Source of the DNA: Schmidtea polychroa
Taxonomy: Eukaryota
Direction of reading: 5' to 3'
DNA: 64,000 nt
Assembly: GCA_044892525.1 (NCBI GenBank)
Contig: CM097885.1
Span: forward strand, 42,968,001 to 43,032,000
Shown: positions 7,453 through 23,171 of the stretch, one piece after another
Numbering within the stretch: the stretch's first letter is position 1
Layout of the letters: each line of letters starts with the position of its first letter
Notes under the pieces: model-generated
Told to the model about the DNA's origin: nothing
Databases searched by the model: none
The model's input: only the letters and a program-made list of their open reading frames with translations
Program-made: the position numbers and the translations under genes

Positions 7453-10400
7453 TATGGAAAAGGTTTTCGAGAATTGAAATTAAATATATAATTTAAAAAA
7501 ACTATTTTAAAATATTTAATGACTTTATAAAGAAAGATTTACATATTACGAATAATTATTGAAATTTTTTAAAAACATTTTTTAAATTCGACATTCCTTC
7601 GGTCTAGGATACAGATATGACCGGAAGTCTCTCCAATGTATATGGCGTATGTAAAACTGTTGAAATATATTGTAAATAATAATAATAATAATAATGATAA
7701 TAATAGAAAGATGTGTGCTTTCGAAAAACAATGTGCAATGTACACAATGAAATATACATTGAAAGTACGCTCACCATAGTACGTTCTCCATAGTTAAAGA
7801 ACATCTAGATCCTGGTGGAAAATACTTGGTATACAGACATCTCCACCAATGTCAACCAAGGAAAGAAAAATATATTTTAATCAAAATCTTAGCCAATGGA
7901 AACATCAAAAAAGTCAGATTTAAAGGAACAATGCTCATCATAAACAGACGACCAAAATCAACACTAAAGAAGAGATCAATGAAATCATCAATTTAATTTG
8001 TTGTTATTGAAATTAATATAAATTAAAATAATCAAATTAAAAATTAAAAATAATCATTTAGAATTTAAAATAATATAGATAAATGGATCAAATATACTTT
8101 TCAAAGATCATTAAAAATCAAAATCAAAATAGAAACATTTATTTAAAAAATTATAGAAGCTTTCAAAAATTAAAAATTTTATTTAGTATTTCGTTTTAGA
8201 GAATATTTAATTAAAAAAAATTTTTAAATTGCAAATTCTTCAGAAAAAAAGTTTATTATTATTTTTAACCAATGAGAAGTAAGAAAAAAGAAATAAAAGA
8301 GAAGATCAAAAAGCATTTTGAAAATAGAACAAACTAAATTCGAGGAAATTGACAAGGACTATTTTATAGTTGAAAATTTTATAATTTATATTAAATATAT
8401 TATTTACTACAAAAGGTTTAAATTATCATTTAATTGTTTAAAATGTAATTAATGCTACTACCAAGTAACCATCACTTTATACAATAATATTATTATTATT
8501 TCTTGTTGTTGAACGGATTTTAAATGTTGAAAAAATACAAAATGAACATACTTAAAATTTAAAGAAATTCATAAATATCCAATTTTACAAAAGACTAGGA
8601 TAGTTTAAAAAATATTTTAATTAAATTTTATGGATGTATGCATTTTTAAAGCTCCGTTTGATGACATTGTATTAGTCTTTAAATTTTATTTAGCTACTGA
8701 CAATTTATGATAGAAATTTTTGTATAGAATATATTTTGATTTGAAATAAATTTAGTGACTGCAAAATTAATAAATACAACTGAAGTAACAAGCACCTTAA
8801 CAAATCTGCTCATTCAATGTTTAGTGTCCGAAAATTTTATTAAAGAAAAGATATAGAAAGATTTATCAAAAAGTGCCATATATTCTTTAAATGACAAAAG
8901 TTGGACCAAATACACAACTGATGGACAAGGATTTTGTTGTGGATAACCAAGCAGCGGAAAGGAAGCCATTCAATCACAAACGACGTAACGCTCTTGAAAA
9001 ACTGAAGACATACTTGTCACATAATGTATTCAAGGTCCAGCATTCAAGGTCCAGCCCTGATAACATTATTATTATTTTAAATAAATTGCTAAATTTATAA
9101 AGTATAAATTTTCTATTCCATTATTTGCAATTCTCTCTGATAAAAATATTTATTTATTGATTTTCAAAAATTATTCCATTTTGGAATTTATTCTATTATT
9201 CTGGAAGTTATTCTGTATATTTATTAGGATAATTATATAGTGGAGTAAACTAGAATATTATAGGGGGAAATCTGTGGAAAAGCAGTCACTGGGGTTGATA
9301 GGAAATGCGTGACATTAAAACAAAGGAAATATATTATCGATTGAAGGATAAATTCTGTGTGATATCAATCAATAAATTTTTGGATTATTTTTTAAAAATG
9401 GCAAAACTAAGGTAAATTAAATTTCATATTGAACTTATCAAAATTTTTATTTTAAGAATAATTTCATTCACTTGACAAATAAGTTTCAAATAAAACTTCC
9501 CAAAGAAATCTTTGCAAACATCTTTCTCTTTTATGGTTAATTTGAATAATTGTAAAATTTGGTGTCAGATAAAATAAAAAGATAAAAATTACTCATATGC
9601 AAAGGAAATGAAAGTGAAAATTTAATAAAATTTGAAAAAAATTAATTAAAAATTTAAAAGATTTTGAGAGAAAATATAAGCGATATTAATTTTTAATCGA
9701 TGAAGTCTTAGGTAACATTATTTTTAAAAAAATACAAATTTATTAATTAATTGAAATTTTTAATGACATTAATCATATCACTTATTAAAACAAAATTTGA
9801 CTGACCTGTCAAGCGGAAGTAAAACAAATTCAATTATTATCTTCTATTGGCCGTGTGAAATAGAAAGGAAAATAACACTATATTACTTTTAGAAAATAAA
9901 CAAATTGGCAGTTGATTAATGTCGAGTGATCCGTTTTTAAGGATTAGTAAATTCCACATAAATTGCTATTTAGGTTGAAATGAAAATTCAAAAAAGGTGA
10001 TTGCAAATATTACAGCGACTGCATTAGGTTTATAGGAGTTTTAAAGAAAAAAGTTGATAAATTCCATATTGTTTTTTACTAAATCGGGTTCCCTTAGGAT
10101 CAACTGTCTGTTGCACAAACTATTCTAAGTAAAAAAAAATGATAAGTGTTGAAACGGTAATTATTGGTAATTGAGACACTGAAAATTAATTGTTACTGTT
10201 TTGAAAATAAGACTTATTGGGGTGGGTTTTATCTTTTAAATCAAAATCACAGAGTCAATAGTCAAAACATAATGTGTCACTTACTGAAAATATATTTAAT
10301 GACCCATAAGATGATTAGGAGATTCCAGTTGAAAAAGGAATCATATAGACATGTGTCAAACATATTTATCTTTGGAGCTTCCATTTCTATTTTTCTAAAT

Positions 10401-11219
10401 TATTTTGTAGTTATGAAATATGTATAATATTAAATATATTTTACTCGGTATTTTAATTTATCCATAATTGAAATATTTTATTGCAATATATTGAAAATAT
10501 CCTAGAAAGTCTATACTGGACAAACTTGAATATGATAATTATATAAAGCAGTAGTTTTTAACTTTTTTAGCCAGTGACACCCCTAACGTTTTCAAAGAAT
10601 ATTCTCGCACCCTTTTACCCAAAATTATGAAATTATATAAATTGATAAAACAAACATATGCATTATTTACAAACACATTTTATATTTATTTAGTTATTTA
10701 TAAAAAACCCTAATTCTTATATGAAATATAAATTTATGGTTAATAACTTTTTTATTGTACTAAAATTATATTATATATGTATGTATATCTGCATTTTATA
10801 TTTGCGGCACCTAAATTGTATTTTTTAATAAGTGCATTCGTTGGAAATTGTGGTTGAATTTTCAGAGTGTTATTTGAATTTAGTTGGGATTGATTATTTG
10901 GTTTTAGTTTATTCTGGAACCATTTTTACTATAACGGACCCACATACTTATTCATCAATAATTATCAAAAATAAATGCTTCAGCTTTGATATTCTGAAAA
11001 TTAATAAAAAAAATTTTGATTTACATTTTATCTAATTATTAAACTTCTATTATTTTGTTTCAAGAATAGAAGGAAAAATAAATAAAATTTGATATTGTTA
11101 TACATTATTGTTACTCTGTATTGTTATTTTATTATAATTCGTTTCTTGCTTATTAATTATTACATATAAATATAAACTAATTAACACATTAGGAGTATCT
11201 AAAAATAACATTATATTAA

Positions 11220-11340
<121 letters not shown>

Positions 11341-12680
11341 GTGAGTGAGATTTGAACTCAAAAAGATGTTTCGCTAGTAAATATATTTTTATCAATAAAT
11401 TTAATAAACTTTTTCTTTTACTTTTTGTGCGTACTAAATAATTTAGCTGTATACAACTGTGAAATATAAATGCAAATCAAATACCTCTTGATCCAGACTC
11501 CTATGAGATCAGCTGGACTCAGATTATTAATTTATTAAATTACATGACCTCAAAAATTTAGTTAATTTGTTTTAATTTGAAATATTATCCATTGACAATG
11601 ATTTTTTGTTAAAAGTTTATTAAATGTAAGTATGTGAAATTAAATATTTGAATTAATTTATTATAATTTATTATATCACAAATGGCGATTTAAAATATGA
11701 TTAATTAATAATAATTTACACGAAATCTAAAATATAAAGCGAAAAATATTTAATTAATCATGAATATATAAATACAATGAAAATTTATTAAAAATAAATA
11801 ATATAATTTACGACTCAAATTCTGTTTTCTGATAAAAAATAAAATGCATTTGTAACTAACCAACCGTATATAAACAAAACAACGAGATGCCAAATATATA
11901 TTAAAATAATTCATTAATATATACATATATTAAAATTTATTAAAATTATTGAATCCTGTTAAATAATTTCTTTATTTTTTATCTTAATGTACAAACCGAA
12001 TTAGTCTTCTGAATTTCACTAAGTTAAACATTTTATTTTTAATTGTCGAATTAAATATTTAACATTTTCAAAAATTATATACTTATAACTTGTTTATGTC
12101 TCATTTCAAAAATAAAATAACTTTGTTATGACATTAATATTTCTATGCAAGTTTGAGTAATATTTAGTTTTAATGCGTACGATATAAAAATCAAAACAAT
12201 GGTTTTACAGATGCTTCAATATTGAAAAGTGCAAAGAAATAAAAATAAAGATAAAACCTGATAAAAGGGCAGGAATGTCGACATATATCAATATTGGAAT
12301 AATTGGAATAATTTTATAACAATTGAAGTGGATATTTCAATGATTGGTCAATTCGGTGTTGATTTCTATTCGTCTAATTTGGTGTCAGATAAAGTGTAAG
12401 CAATATAAACAAATGAAACCTGTTTCAATTTAGAGTCATCTATAAACAGTAAAACAACTATACAGTTACATAAATAGCTTATGTTTTTGGATAGCACAAA
12501 AAAATGAAAAAATACATTTAATGTCACAGATTTATAATTAACAAAATGAAATTGTGCACTTTTATTTATAAAATAGTAAAATGTGTAACAAACGATTTTA
12601 TTGTGAATTATTGTGTTTGATTTACAATATATGTACAATCTTTAAATTTTTATATTATTGAAACACTCATTTGTATTCCA

Positions 12681-12826
<146 letters not shown>

Positions 12827-15800
12827 GTAAAATTTATGTTAATAAAGTTTTGGAATTATTAGTTATATTAAATATATAACTTAGTATAAACAAGGAATAG
12901 TATAAAGAATCTATCCCTATCATTTCATTAATTCTAAATATTGCTAAATAAATGTTGCTCCCGAGGTAATTAAATTTTTTTATAGGAAGTCTACAACAGA
13001 CATCCTGAAAGCTATCCCAAACATTTTTTATGATATTAATATCCGGATTTTAATAAACCAATTAAAGGTTTCTTTTTATCATTGCTTAAGTATAAATCTA
13101 GACTAAATTTTAGATTAGAATAATTTTTTTAAAATTTTTCATTGTAGATAATAAAATAAAATATTAAAAAATAAATTCATAAATGTATAAAGTGTGATTT
13201 GTTTAAAATAGTTATTATATAACATTAATTAACAAATATATAAAATAAAATATATAGTTCAGTTTAAATTTTTTTACTTAATTGTTTAAATTAAAAATAT
13301 TTGACTGAAATCTTTCTAAAAATTTATTTTGTTAAATTTATTTATGTATATCAAAGATTTTGGTAAAGAATGTTGTAAAAGAATATTTTTTATTTCTATT
13401 TATTTTTGGTATGATTAATGCATATAATAATTTTGTTTGTCTATATAAAGAACTTGTGTTGAGAGTTATCAAAATAATTATAAATAAATAACAACATGTT
13501 TTAAAGATTTATTTAAGCACAAAAGACGATTTTACAAAAATTGTGTACTCAAAAACACAATGCTGAATTAAGATATTGCTACTTGTATATTTCAAATTAC
13601 TAACGTTGGTCATAAAAGGCTACAAAGCCTTGGTATAGATATAAAGGTGAAGGATGATGGTAATGGTTAGAGTTAACGGGTCAAATCAAATGCTTTTGGA
13701 TAGTTTATGAAAAAAATAAGATAATATCACTCTAAAATTAATGCCAATATTTTTCCATAGAAATCTCAAATGAGTTAATTTAGAGATAAATAGAAAATGA
13801 AGATTATATATATAAATATATTCCTTTAATTTTAGTTGTTTTCCAATAGAACAATTCCAACTGATTGAATATATTTCTTTTTTAAAGAAAAATGTCTCCA
13901 CAAGCCGTTTAAATTCAAAGTTTAATGCAATATTAAGAGCAAAGTCAAGAAATTAAATCTTTTGGTGAGCTCAGAGTATCTTTGACAGAGTAAAATGTAT
14001 AAAAGGATAAGGAGTTCGAAATTCTTTTGATATTTACTTTTAATTTTATAATTCTAAACATAGAAAATTCAAATGTTTAAAATTTTGATTGTATTTGTTT
14101 TAATTAAGTGTAATAAGATAAAAACTGTAAAATTAAATTGTCATCAAAGAAAATTAATTTAGAATTTAAAATAACAGTTTTGTTAACTTGAGTAAGTTAA
14201 AAAATGATCAAATAAAACTTGAAAAGACAAAGCGGAAAATTTGAGTTAATTAGAAAAACACGCATTGAAAAATTTGGAAACACCACCATTACTAATTATT
14301 TATATTTACTTATTATTTATCATTTATTTATATATTTTTATAATTGTTCTTATTATAACGCCACTCAAGGTAGGATAGAATAACTATAGAAATTATAGAT
14401 TTTTGAATAAATTTATTAATCATATATCTTTTAGTAATAAATAAATATTTTTTTATTTATTAGACATATTATTAGACATAAAAGCTTTATAAATATCTTT
14501 TATTTTTACAATTACCTTGAATATAAAAACCATAAAACATTTTAAAAATTATTACATTATCTTTATTTGCACAATTAGCTTTTTTATAAAACTTCATAAT
14601 ATTTTTACATTTATTTTTTCAAAATCAAACTTAAACTAAATACAGTTTAAATATTACATTAAATATATCACAATCCAAGTTTTCTTCATTGGTTATTTAA
14701 AGCATTTTAAGCTAAACAGTCTATCAAATTTGGGCGTTTGATCGCCTGAGAAAATGAATAACTTAAGACAATAAATTGCAAGTCCAGATGAGTAACGGCA
14801 AATCAACAACATGGCCCATATTGGTTTCTATAGGTTTGTAGACTATTGTTGAAGGATTTATATATATAAATCGACAGAACTGCAACGTTGTTACGTGCCA
14901 GATCAGTTATTTTTATTTTTATTTTGTCAGTGATACCGAATTAACTCAACTAGATGAAATACAAAGCTTTTCTTACTTTTTTTGTCGTGTGGATACAAAT
15001 GGAAAAAAATTGAAAATGTTTGACATAAACTGAGCTATATGAGGACAGAATAGTTCCACTGACAAACTATCGAGTCGTTTCCCTGCGGCAATTAGGCCAT
15101 TTGATAGCTGATTGACAAAACCAGGATGTCTAAATCAAAGTTATTGTCATCTCTAAATATTCTATTGTTTTCTAATTCTAAACGGGTTTCATTTAATTTA
15201 ATTTTGGTTTCTTTGATATTGAAATTTTCGGGTTTTTTTGAAAATTAAATAATATTCTTGTTGAAATTCAATTTGAATTTTCTGAAAAAATAAATTTATT
15301 TGTTTATTTTTGTTTTAATTTGCGTGTCAAATTTATTAATTATAGGTATTAAACAACAAATACATTTAGATAGATTATATATTAATAAATGCAATATTAC
15401 ATCTAAAATTAAATAGTGTTTAAATAATATTGAAAATGTTTAAATTATATAAATCTATTTATCTCTTTATCCATTGTTCTGTTTGAATCAGAAAATTGGA
15501 AATGATTTATTTAAATGTAATAATTATGAATAATTTCATTATTAAAATTCATGATGAACTTTAACAGATTTGAAATAATACAGAACTTTATCTATAACAA
15601 AAAAGATAACCTTCATTGAAAAAATAATTTTCACAAAAGCAATATTCAATAAATACTTTTATTTTATATCTTAAATTGTTTTAGTGAAATCTACTTTCTA
15701 TGTATTAGATATATATCTATATGAAATGTCAAAACTTTGTTAATGATATTGTAAATAATTTTTTTTATATAATGATATATTTGTACTATATGGCTTTGAT

Positions 15801-15899
15801 GACAATAAGCCAAAGGTTTCCTTCGGATTTATTTTCATTTTTGTCGCAAATTTGACATTTGATTTTATATTTTAATTTTTCTATCTAAAATAAACTGTG

Positions 15900-16162
<263 letters not shown>

Positions 16163-16470
16163 TAATACTTAATCATAATAATAGTATGAATAATATTATT
16201 AAAAATAAAAATAATACTCTTTATATTTAAGTAGATTTACTTTGCAATTTGTTAAATCAGTGTATTTAAAATAAATAATTAAAATTTGAAATATTAGAAC
16301 ATTTATTATAACAGCACAAAATGTATTATATAAGTGGTTTATATTGAAAGTAAGACAAATTCATTTCGGTTTCGAAAATCTTTCATTTGTTTCAGACATA
16401 TGTAATAAATATCATTTGTATTATCTATAATTAAAAATTATACTAATTTTGGCTTTTTGAGCGTATATAT

Positions 16471-16594
16471 CAGAGGTGGGCACGCATGAGGTCCTCGAGA
16501 GACAAATACTGTATTACAAAGAGCCACAACATATTGTATAGTATAGTAATGGGAACTACACAGCTCGTCAAAGAGCCACACTTACCCACTCCTG
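16471..16594. mobile_element. 124-bp hAT-type MITE
   Basis: Imperfect TIRs CAGAGGTGGGCA / TACCCACTCCTG; near-perfect 8-bp TSD GTATATAT / GTATATCT; internal AAAGAGCCACA repeats. Confidence 0.7.
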
Positions 16595-17667
16595 GTATAT
16601 CTCTTTAATTTATTAAAATATTAATGTTTTAATGCACAAATATATGCAGACAATTGCATTTAGATCATTGGAGAACGAATGAAGTTGTGATATTTACAGA
16701 GTTGTGGAAGTCATAATATTTTCCAAATGCAGAAATAATTTCTTTCTAGATTTGTAAATAATTAATTTTTAAATAAAGATAATACTTCCTTTTTCAATTG
16801 TATTTTTATGGTAAAATATGAATTCATAGAAATTCAAATTCTACAGAATAATATCATTAATAATGCCTATAATTGTTACATTCGGGAATTTTATTAATTA
16901 GATGATTTTATAATATTATGATAGATAGTTTCATAATGTTGTGTGAATATGCCAAATTTTGGATCATTCCTTTATCATGGTTCAGTTTAGTGATAGAAAA
17001 TGCGTTGTTTATTTTTCTAATCTTTAATGCTAAACAAATTAAATTGTTATACGGACGAGAATACATTTTTCTCACTGAAATAAATTTGCAAAAATCAAAT
17101 GAAAATGAAATGAAACTTTTTTTTTTAATTTTAATTTTTCATATATATCAATGCATTAGAAACTCATAAAATGTTTCACTTGCAAATATGCTTGCATTTT
17201 GTCTTGTTTGATTTTCCATTAAACAGTCTATTTAAACAAAAAAAAACAAAAAAACATTTTAAATTAATAATAAATTACACTTTCGAAAGTCTTGTAAACA
17301 TGAATCTAATGAGATTGCAATTATATTTTGCAAGAAATAAAGGAGTAGGATACTGACAAAAAAAGTAAATTTAATCAATAAAAGTCTTATAAATTAAAGC
17401 AAGGAGTCTTCATAGATTTATTAATGTCACCCGGATTAAAGAAAGATTTTTAATTGTTAATTAATTAAAAGTTAAAATATACGTTTCTTGTGATTTATGA
17501 TTGACTTGTATTAGATAATTAACTTTTTGTTTTAATTATTAAATCAAAATATTTGTATGTGTATATGCAAACAATAGAAAACCTTCGAGTTATTAGATAA
17601 TAGCAAATTTAAACAAACATGTTTTGTATAATTGTTTATTAGTTAACTATATGATTTCCAAATATAT

Positions 17668-17985
17668 AGTGGTGGGTTACAGGTAATCCACATTTCACCC
17701 TTTCGTGCTGTTGATTGATCAACGTTGGAACTGCATCGAGTGGGTAAGTACCAGTGAAAAGTGATCGTACTCGAAAAGGAAAGTACTCGAGCGGGTTCGC
17801 ACTGCCGATGGAAGGCCTGTGTTCGTCTTTTGTTTAGGTTCCTCTTTCAATCACAACTTTCAACTAAGATTCGGTCTCCTATTACCCTGCGTTACTTAAT
17901 AAACGAAAATAATTGTCTAAATACATGAATAGTTTTATTTTAAAGGAAATCGAGGTCATACAAATATTCATTACAACTGGTCCTT
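17668..17985 (+). mobile_element. Possible LTR with primer-binding-site remnant
   Basis: GC-richer block with AATAAA, ending ATTACA at 17975, followed by TGGTCCTT. Confidence 0.4.
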
Positions 17986-18637
17986 GGTTGTGATCAATTT
18001 TTTATGCATCTTGAGCCGTGCTCTTTTAGTTTTCCCCGTGTGTTTCCAGCTATCGTAATCTCAGTTGGAGCTCTTTCAGCGCGACCTGATTTTGGGATTT
18101 TGAAGTTGCAGTTGCTGGATTGAATTTAGTCGCTTCTGCATGTCAGACCCTTGAGTTTGGTATCCTTAAGTTGCAGCTCCTCTACCTGTTTCTGCTCAAC
18201 TTCTCGGTTGGCTCTCAGTTTTGCCATCAATTGAAGCACTAAATAAAGAAAACAGATTGAATTTAAGTGATGTCTGAGTCTATTTCACAACAATTTCAAA
18301 GATAAGCGTGCCTTATTCATAGTGTCTAATCTAATTACACGATTACGTATCCCATTTATTTTACCTAGAATTATTGGATTACTATTTTAATTGAACCTAT
18401 TATGTGGTTTTTAAGTTACGTATCGTGGTTAATGATCACCTTTATCTAAATTTTTGCCTTGTTAATTTTAGTTTAACCTATTATGTAATTATTGAGTTAT
18501 GATCCCCGTGCTTCGGCCGTAGGATATTGTGTGGACCCGGGAACAAAAACTGTTACGTAATCGATGACGTCACAAAGGAAATTACGAATTTTTTTTAATT
18601 TTTTTAAATTTTTTTTTAATATTTTAAAATTTTAAAA

Positions 18638-19162
18638 GTTACGTAACAAAGACATATTGCGTAACAAAGACATATTACGTAACAAAGCCATATTACATAA
18701 CAGAGGAAAATTTGAACAAGGACACATGACTCATCATACTTTTTAAATATATTACGTTGCGGTATTTTAAAATTTAAAAACTTATTTTGACGATTAAGTT
18801 GACAAAAATAAAATTATTGCATATACTTTGTATATATATAGTCTATCCGACAAGATATTCTGTCCCCCTATGGGTACTGGTCACAAAGGTAAAGGTCACA
18901 AAGGTAAAGGTCACAAAAGTAAAGGTCACAAATGTACTGCTAAAAATATTTAAGACAAAACTTTAACAAAGAAATTCTAAATATTATACTTTAAATACAC
19001 ACTCAAATTTATTAACACAATGGGTACTGCTCGCAAAGGTACTGCTAAAACTTTAACATATTATTACACACAATGTATAAAAAAATTATTAGTGTCCACA
19101 CATGGTCATGCAACAAGTTAAGTAAGATCTATCTAATGATATATTATTATAATTGGTAAAGA

Positions 19163-19259
<97 letters not shown>

Positions 19260-19288
19260 GGTAAAGATATTAACACCCGCACGAAAGA

Positions 19289-19370
<82 letters not shown>

Positions 19371-20045
19371 GTCAGAGTTTATCCGACAAGATATTCTTTC
19401 CCCCTATGGGTACTGCTCATATGGGTAATGGTCAAAAGTGTACTACTCACATTCAACATGTCTCAAAGGGCATAATATACTTATTATTAAATTCTGACCA
19501 ACTTAAATCAATGAAGGGGTAGAACAAAAATATATTACGTTGCGGTATTTTAAAATTTAAATATATTTTAAAAACTTATTTTGACACTAAAGTTTACTTA
19601 ATTAACAAAGACATAATTATTGCACATGCTTTGCAAAAAATATTATTATTTTTTAAATTTTCAATATTTTATTTTAAAGTATTACCACGCGCGGGGAATA
19701 TTATTATAATATACTCCGAGTCTATCCGAAAAGATATTCTGTCCCCCTAACTACTCACAAAGGTACTGGTCACATAAGTACTACTCACATTCAACATGTT
19801 GTAAATTATTTTCAAATACAATTTCAAAGTATTATTATTATTTATTATTATTAAAATTATTATTAAATTCCGACCAACTTAAATCAATGAAGGGGTATTT
19901 TAAATCTATTTTAAAAACTTATTTTAACGATAAAGTTGACTTATTTAACAAAGACATAATTATTGCACATGCTTTGCATAAATATTATTATTATTTTTTG
20001 AATTTTCAATATTTTCTTTTAAAATATTAACGCCCACGCGAAAGA

Positions 20046-20111
<66 letters not shown>

Positions 20112-20311
20112 TGAAAAACCTAAAATATTTTTTACACACATACACAACCCATTAACCATTATTATTATCAATATTAGTGAAAACCTAAAATATTTTCTAC
20201 ACACATACACAACCCATTAAACTTTATTATTATTATTATCTATATTATTATTGCAAATATTAGTGAAAAAACTAAAAAATTTTTGTTACACACATATACA
20301 ACTCATTAAAC

Positions 20312-20403
<92 letters not shown>

Positions 20404-20460
20404 CATTACTAGTCAAAAACCTAAAATAATTTTTACACACACTAAGTTATGGGGTAGAGA
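18638..20460. repeat. Degenerate tandem array of transposon-end modules with 18-bp and 15-bp minisatellites and (ATT)n tracts
   Basis: ACGTAACAAAGACATATT x3-4 at 18640; GGTCACAAAGGTAAA x4 at 18879; CTATCCGACAAGATATTCTGTCCCC module at about 18843, 19380 and 19722; duplicated AT-rich blocks. Confidence 0.8.
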
Positions 20461-20583
20461 ATTATTATATGTTTGCAATATTCTGTGTTTGCCTTGACAG
20501 GAAGTTGTCAATAAGGAGCGATAATTTACAATTTTATACATACATTCTATATACACATACCTTGTTTCACATGGGTGTATATA

Positions 20584-23171
20584 CTCCTAGTCTATCCGAC
20601 AAAATATGCTGTCCCCCCTATGGGTATTGCTAGCAAGGGTACTGGTTACATTCAACATGTCGCAAGGGTATATTAATTAAGGTTACTAAATAAAACTTAT
20701 CACACATACTATTTTTAATAATATTTAAACGATAAAAATCAAGACAAGAGAGGACAAGGCAAAGTTTATGCACTTAGTATTGCCAGGCCTAATGAGCAGT
20801 GACCAAATATCTGTGCCTGAAAGACACGTTGGATATTTGTTCGCGTCCACAAGGGTCGTCTGTGCCTCCCCCAAGTGGGGTCAGAAGAACCTGGGCATTA
20901 TAGTTTTCCGTACGGAACATTAAGCCTAGCATGTGTAGTCAACTACCAGCACATTCGAAACGTATAAAAATACATTACAAAATACATGCGTCATTGGCAC
21001 TATAACCAAATTAATTAATGTTTTCACTAACACAAATATATATTTACAGAGGCCTTCCTCTAGTTGGATTACAACCGCCCACCACGACGATCAGCTTGTA
21101 AATATATATTAATTAAGGGATAAAGAGGACCCACCCAACCCTATTATATTTTATTTACAAAAGGTTTCTCGCTCTTCTGCTCGTAATCTATCTCAAAATT
21201 ATCATCTCCCTCAGGCCATTTGGAATACATCTTGCAAATTGGACGTATTTCTTAGTTTCTTATGCGGCTCCCTGTGTTATTTAAATTATCTTTCGATTTT
21301 ACGCTGCTTACCACTTTAGAATAAGATTTTTTATTAAAATTTGTGATAATTTGACTGATTCAATTTGATGGAGTTATGGTTAATTCGTTTTATTATATAT
21401 ACTCTGAGTTTATCCGACAACATATTTTCTCCCTCTATGGGTACTGCTTGTAAGGGTATTGGTCGTAAGGGTACTGGTCGTAAAGTACTGGTGTGTTTTA
21501 ATGATTTTATTTATGCAAATATTTGGTTATTATTTGGCATTAAATTCATTGGTAATTTTTTAGAGTTAGCGGGATTTTTCTAACATTTTTTGTGAAATTC
21601 ATGTTAATTGAAAGAATATTTAAGGTTTTGTGTTAATTCTAAGATAAATTTAATTAATTTCTTGATAATTTGCTATATTTTATTGACATGTTTTTAAATT
21701 TTAAATAAAAATTAATTTTTAATGAGGTTAATAAAATGATAAATTTTGATGATGATGACTTTGTAATGATATTGAATTTGATTAAATAATTTTTTCATAT
21801 ATTTTTCTAAGAATATTTACACATTGATGAACTTTAAAATATTTAAAATCTAAAGTTGAAACCAGCTAATGTTTTCACGATGATGATGATATATTTGAAA
21901 TCTATTTGAAAATTATTGTAAAATATACCGAAATTTGTGATTTAGTTTGAAAGATATATCATGTTATAATGGCTATAATTAGTTGAATCGATGAAGAATT
22001 ATGATCAATCAATGAGATATTATCATCTCTAGTTAGGTATTTGATGATACATGTGGTTAAATATTTATTTTAATGAATTTTGATCTTTTAGTGGACTCTT
22101 TGAATTTAGCTACTAAATTATTTCAATGGAAAAATGTCTGTAACAATTAAATAAAATTCATATTTTGAAGAATTTTCTATAGATTTTAAGATATATTAAA
22201 GGGCTCAGGTGGGTGAAATTATAGTCGGTTGGATTTAGTGAGGGTTCGGTTAAGTTGGGAATATATAGTATTTAAAGGGGGATATAGTCGGTTGAATGTT
22301 TAAAGGGGTAGAAATATTTGGTGAGGGATCGGTTAGGGTGCAAATGTTTTGAATATTTAAATGGGTGATGTTCTTTTTGGAAATGTTTCAAGGGAAATAG
22401 TCTATTAATTATCCAGGATTTTATTAAAGTGTTTAGGGTTAATGACTAATTTACTTGGTTTTGTCAATGAAATATTTGAAATATTTAGAGATAATTGATA
22501 TCAAAGGTTATTGTTTTAAATTATTTTATCTTTATTGAACATGTTAAAGACGGACATTCATTATGAAGATAACGGTAACAAAGATATTGACTTAAAAGAG
22601 TTGGACATCGACAACTAAAGAAAAAAAAAATTAACCAATATTCATAAATTTATCGCACAAAATATCCATGTTTTGGTTACTCAAACATCTTAAATATCTC
22701 GCAAAGATATATTACGTCTAATGATCATCTAATTAAATTAGAAAATAATTGTTACTTTATAATATATATTTCTAACTAATAAGCCCCTTAATTGGATAAA
22801 TGATAACCATATTTCTATTATGACTCCTTTAATTATTTTTGCCTCAAACAAATTTACTCCAAATGATAAAGAATTTAAAATTATCAATGAATAATGACCA
22901 TGTTTTTCTCATATTATTAACTATTGTAACGAACATTAGATGAATAAATTAATTTTTGCTTTAAATGACTACAAAGTTAACCAATAAATTAGTCGCTCGA
23001 CATAAGTGTAAAGTTACATTTAAAATATTCACGAATTTCTGATCATCTCACTAAATTACCTAAGAATTTCTAAATGATTAATATATACCCTTGCGACATG
23101 TTGAATGTGACCAGTACCCTTGCTAGCAATACCCATAGGGGGACAGAATATTTTGTCGGATAAACTCGGAG
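20584..23171. mobile_element. Non-autonomous TIR DNA transposon (TA-flanked, possibly Tc1/mariner superfamily)
   Basis: About 90-bp inverted repeats starting CTCC(T/G)AGT(C/T)TATCCGACAAAATAT..., flanked by TA on both sides; no intact ORF inside. Confidence 0.65.
20784..21268 (+). repeat. About 485-bp segment, inverted copy at 24494-24977
   Basis: Close reverse-complement match readable over the whole length. Confidence 0.92.

Noticed and set aside
7809..9100. Short open frames at 7809-7996 and 8891-9100
   Set aside because: No recognisable domain or consistent exon chain
9240..10400. Possible highly decayed LTR-retrotransposon integrase
   Set aside because: Only vague motif traces; cannot be supported by eye
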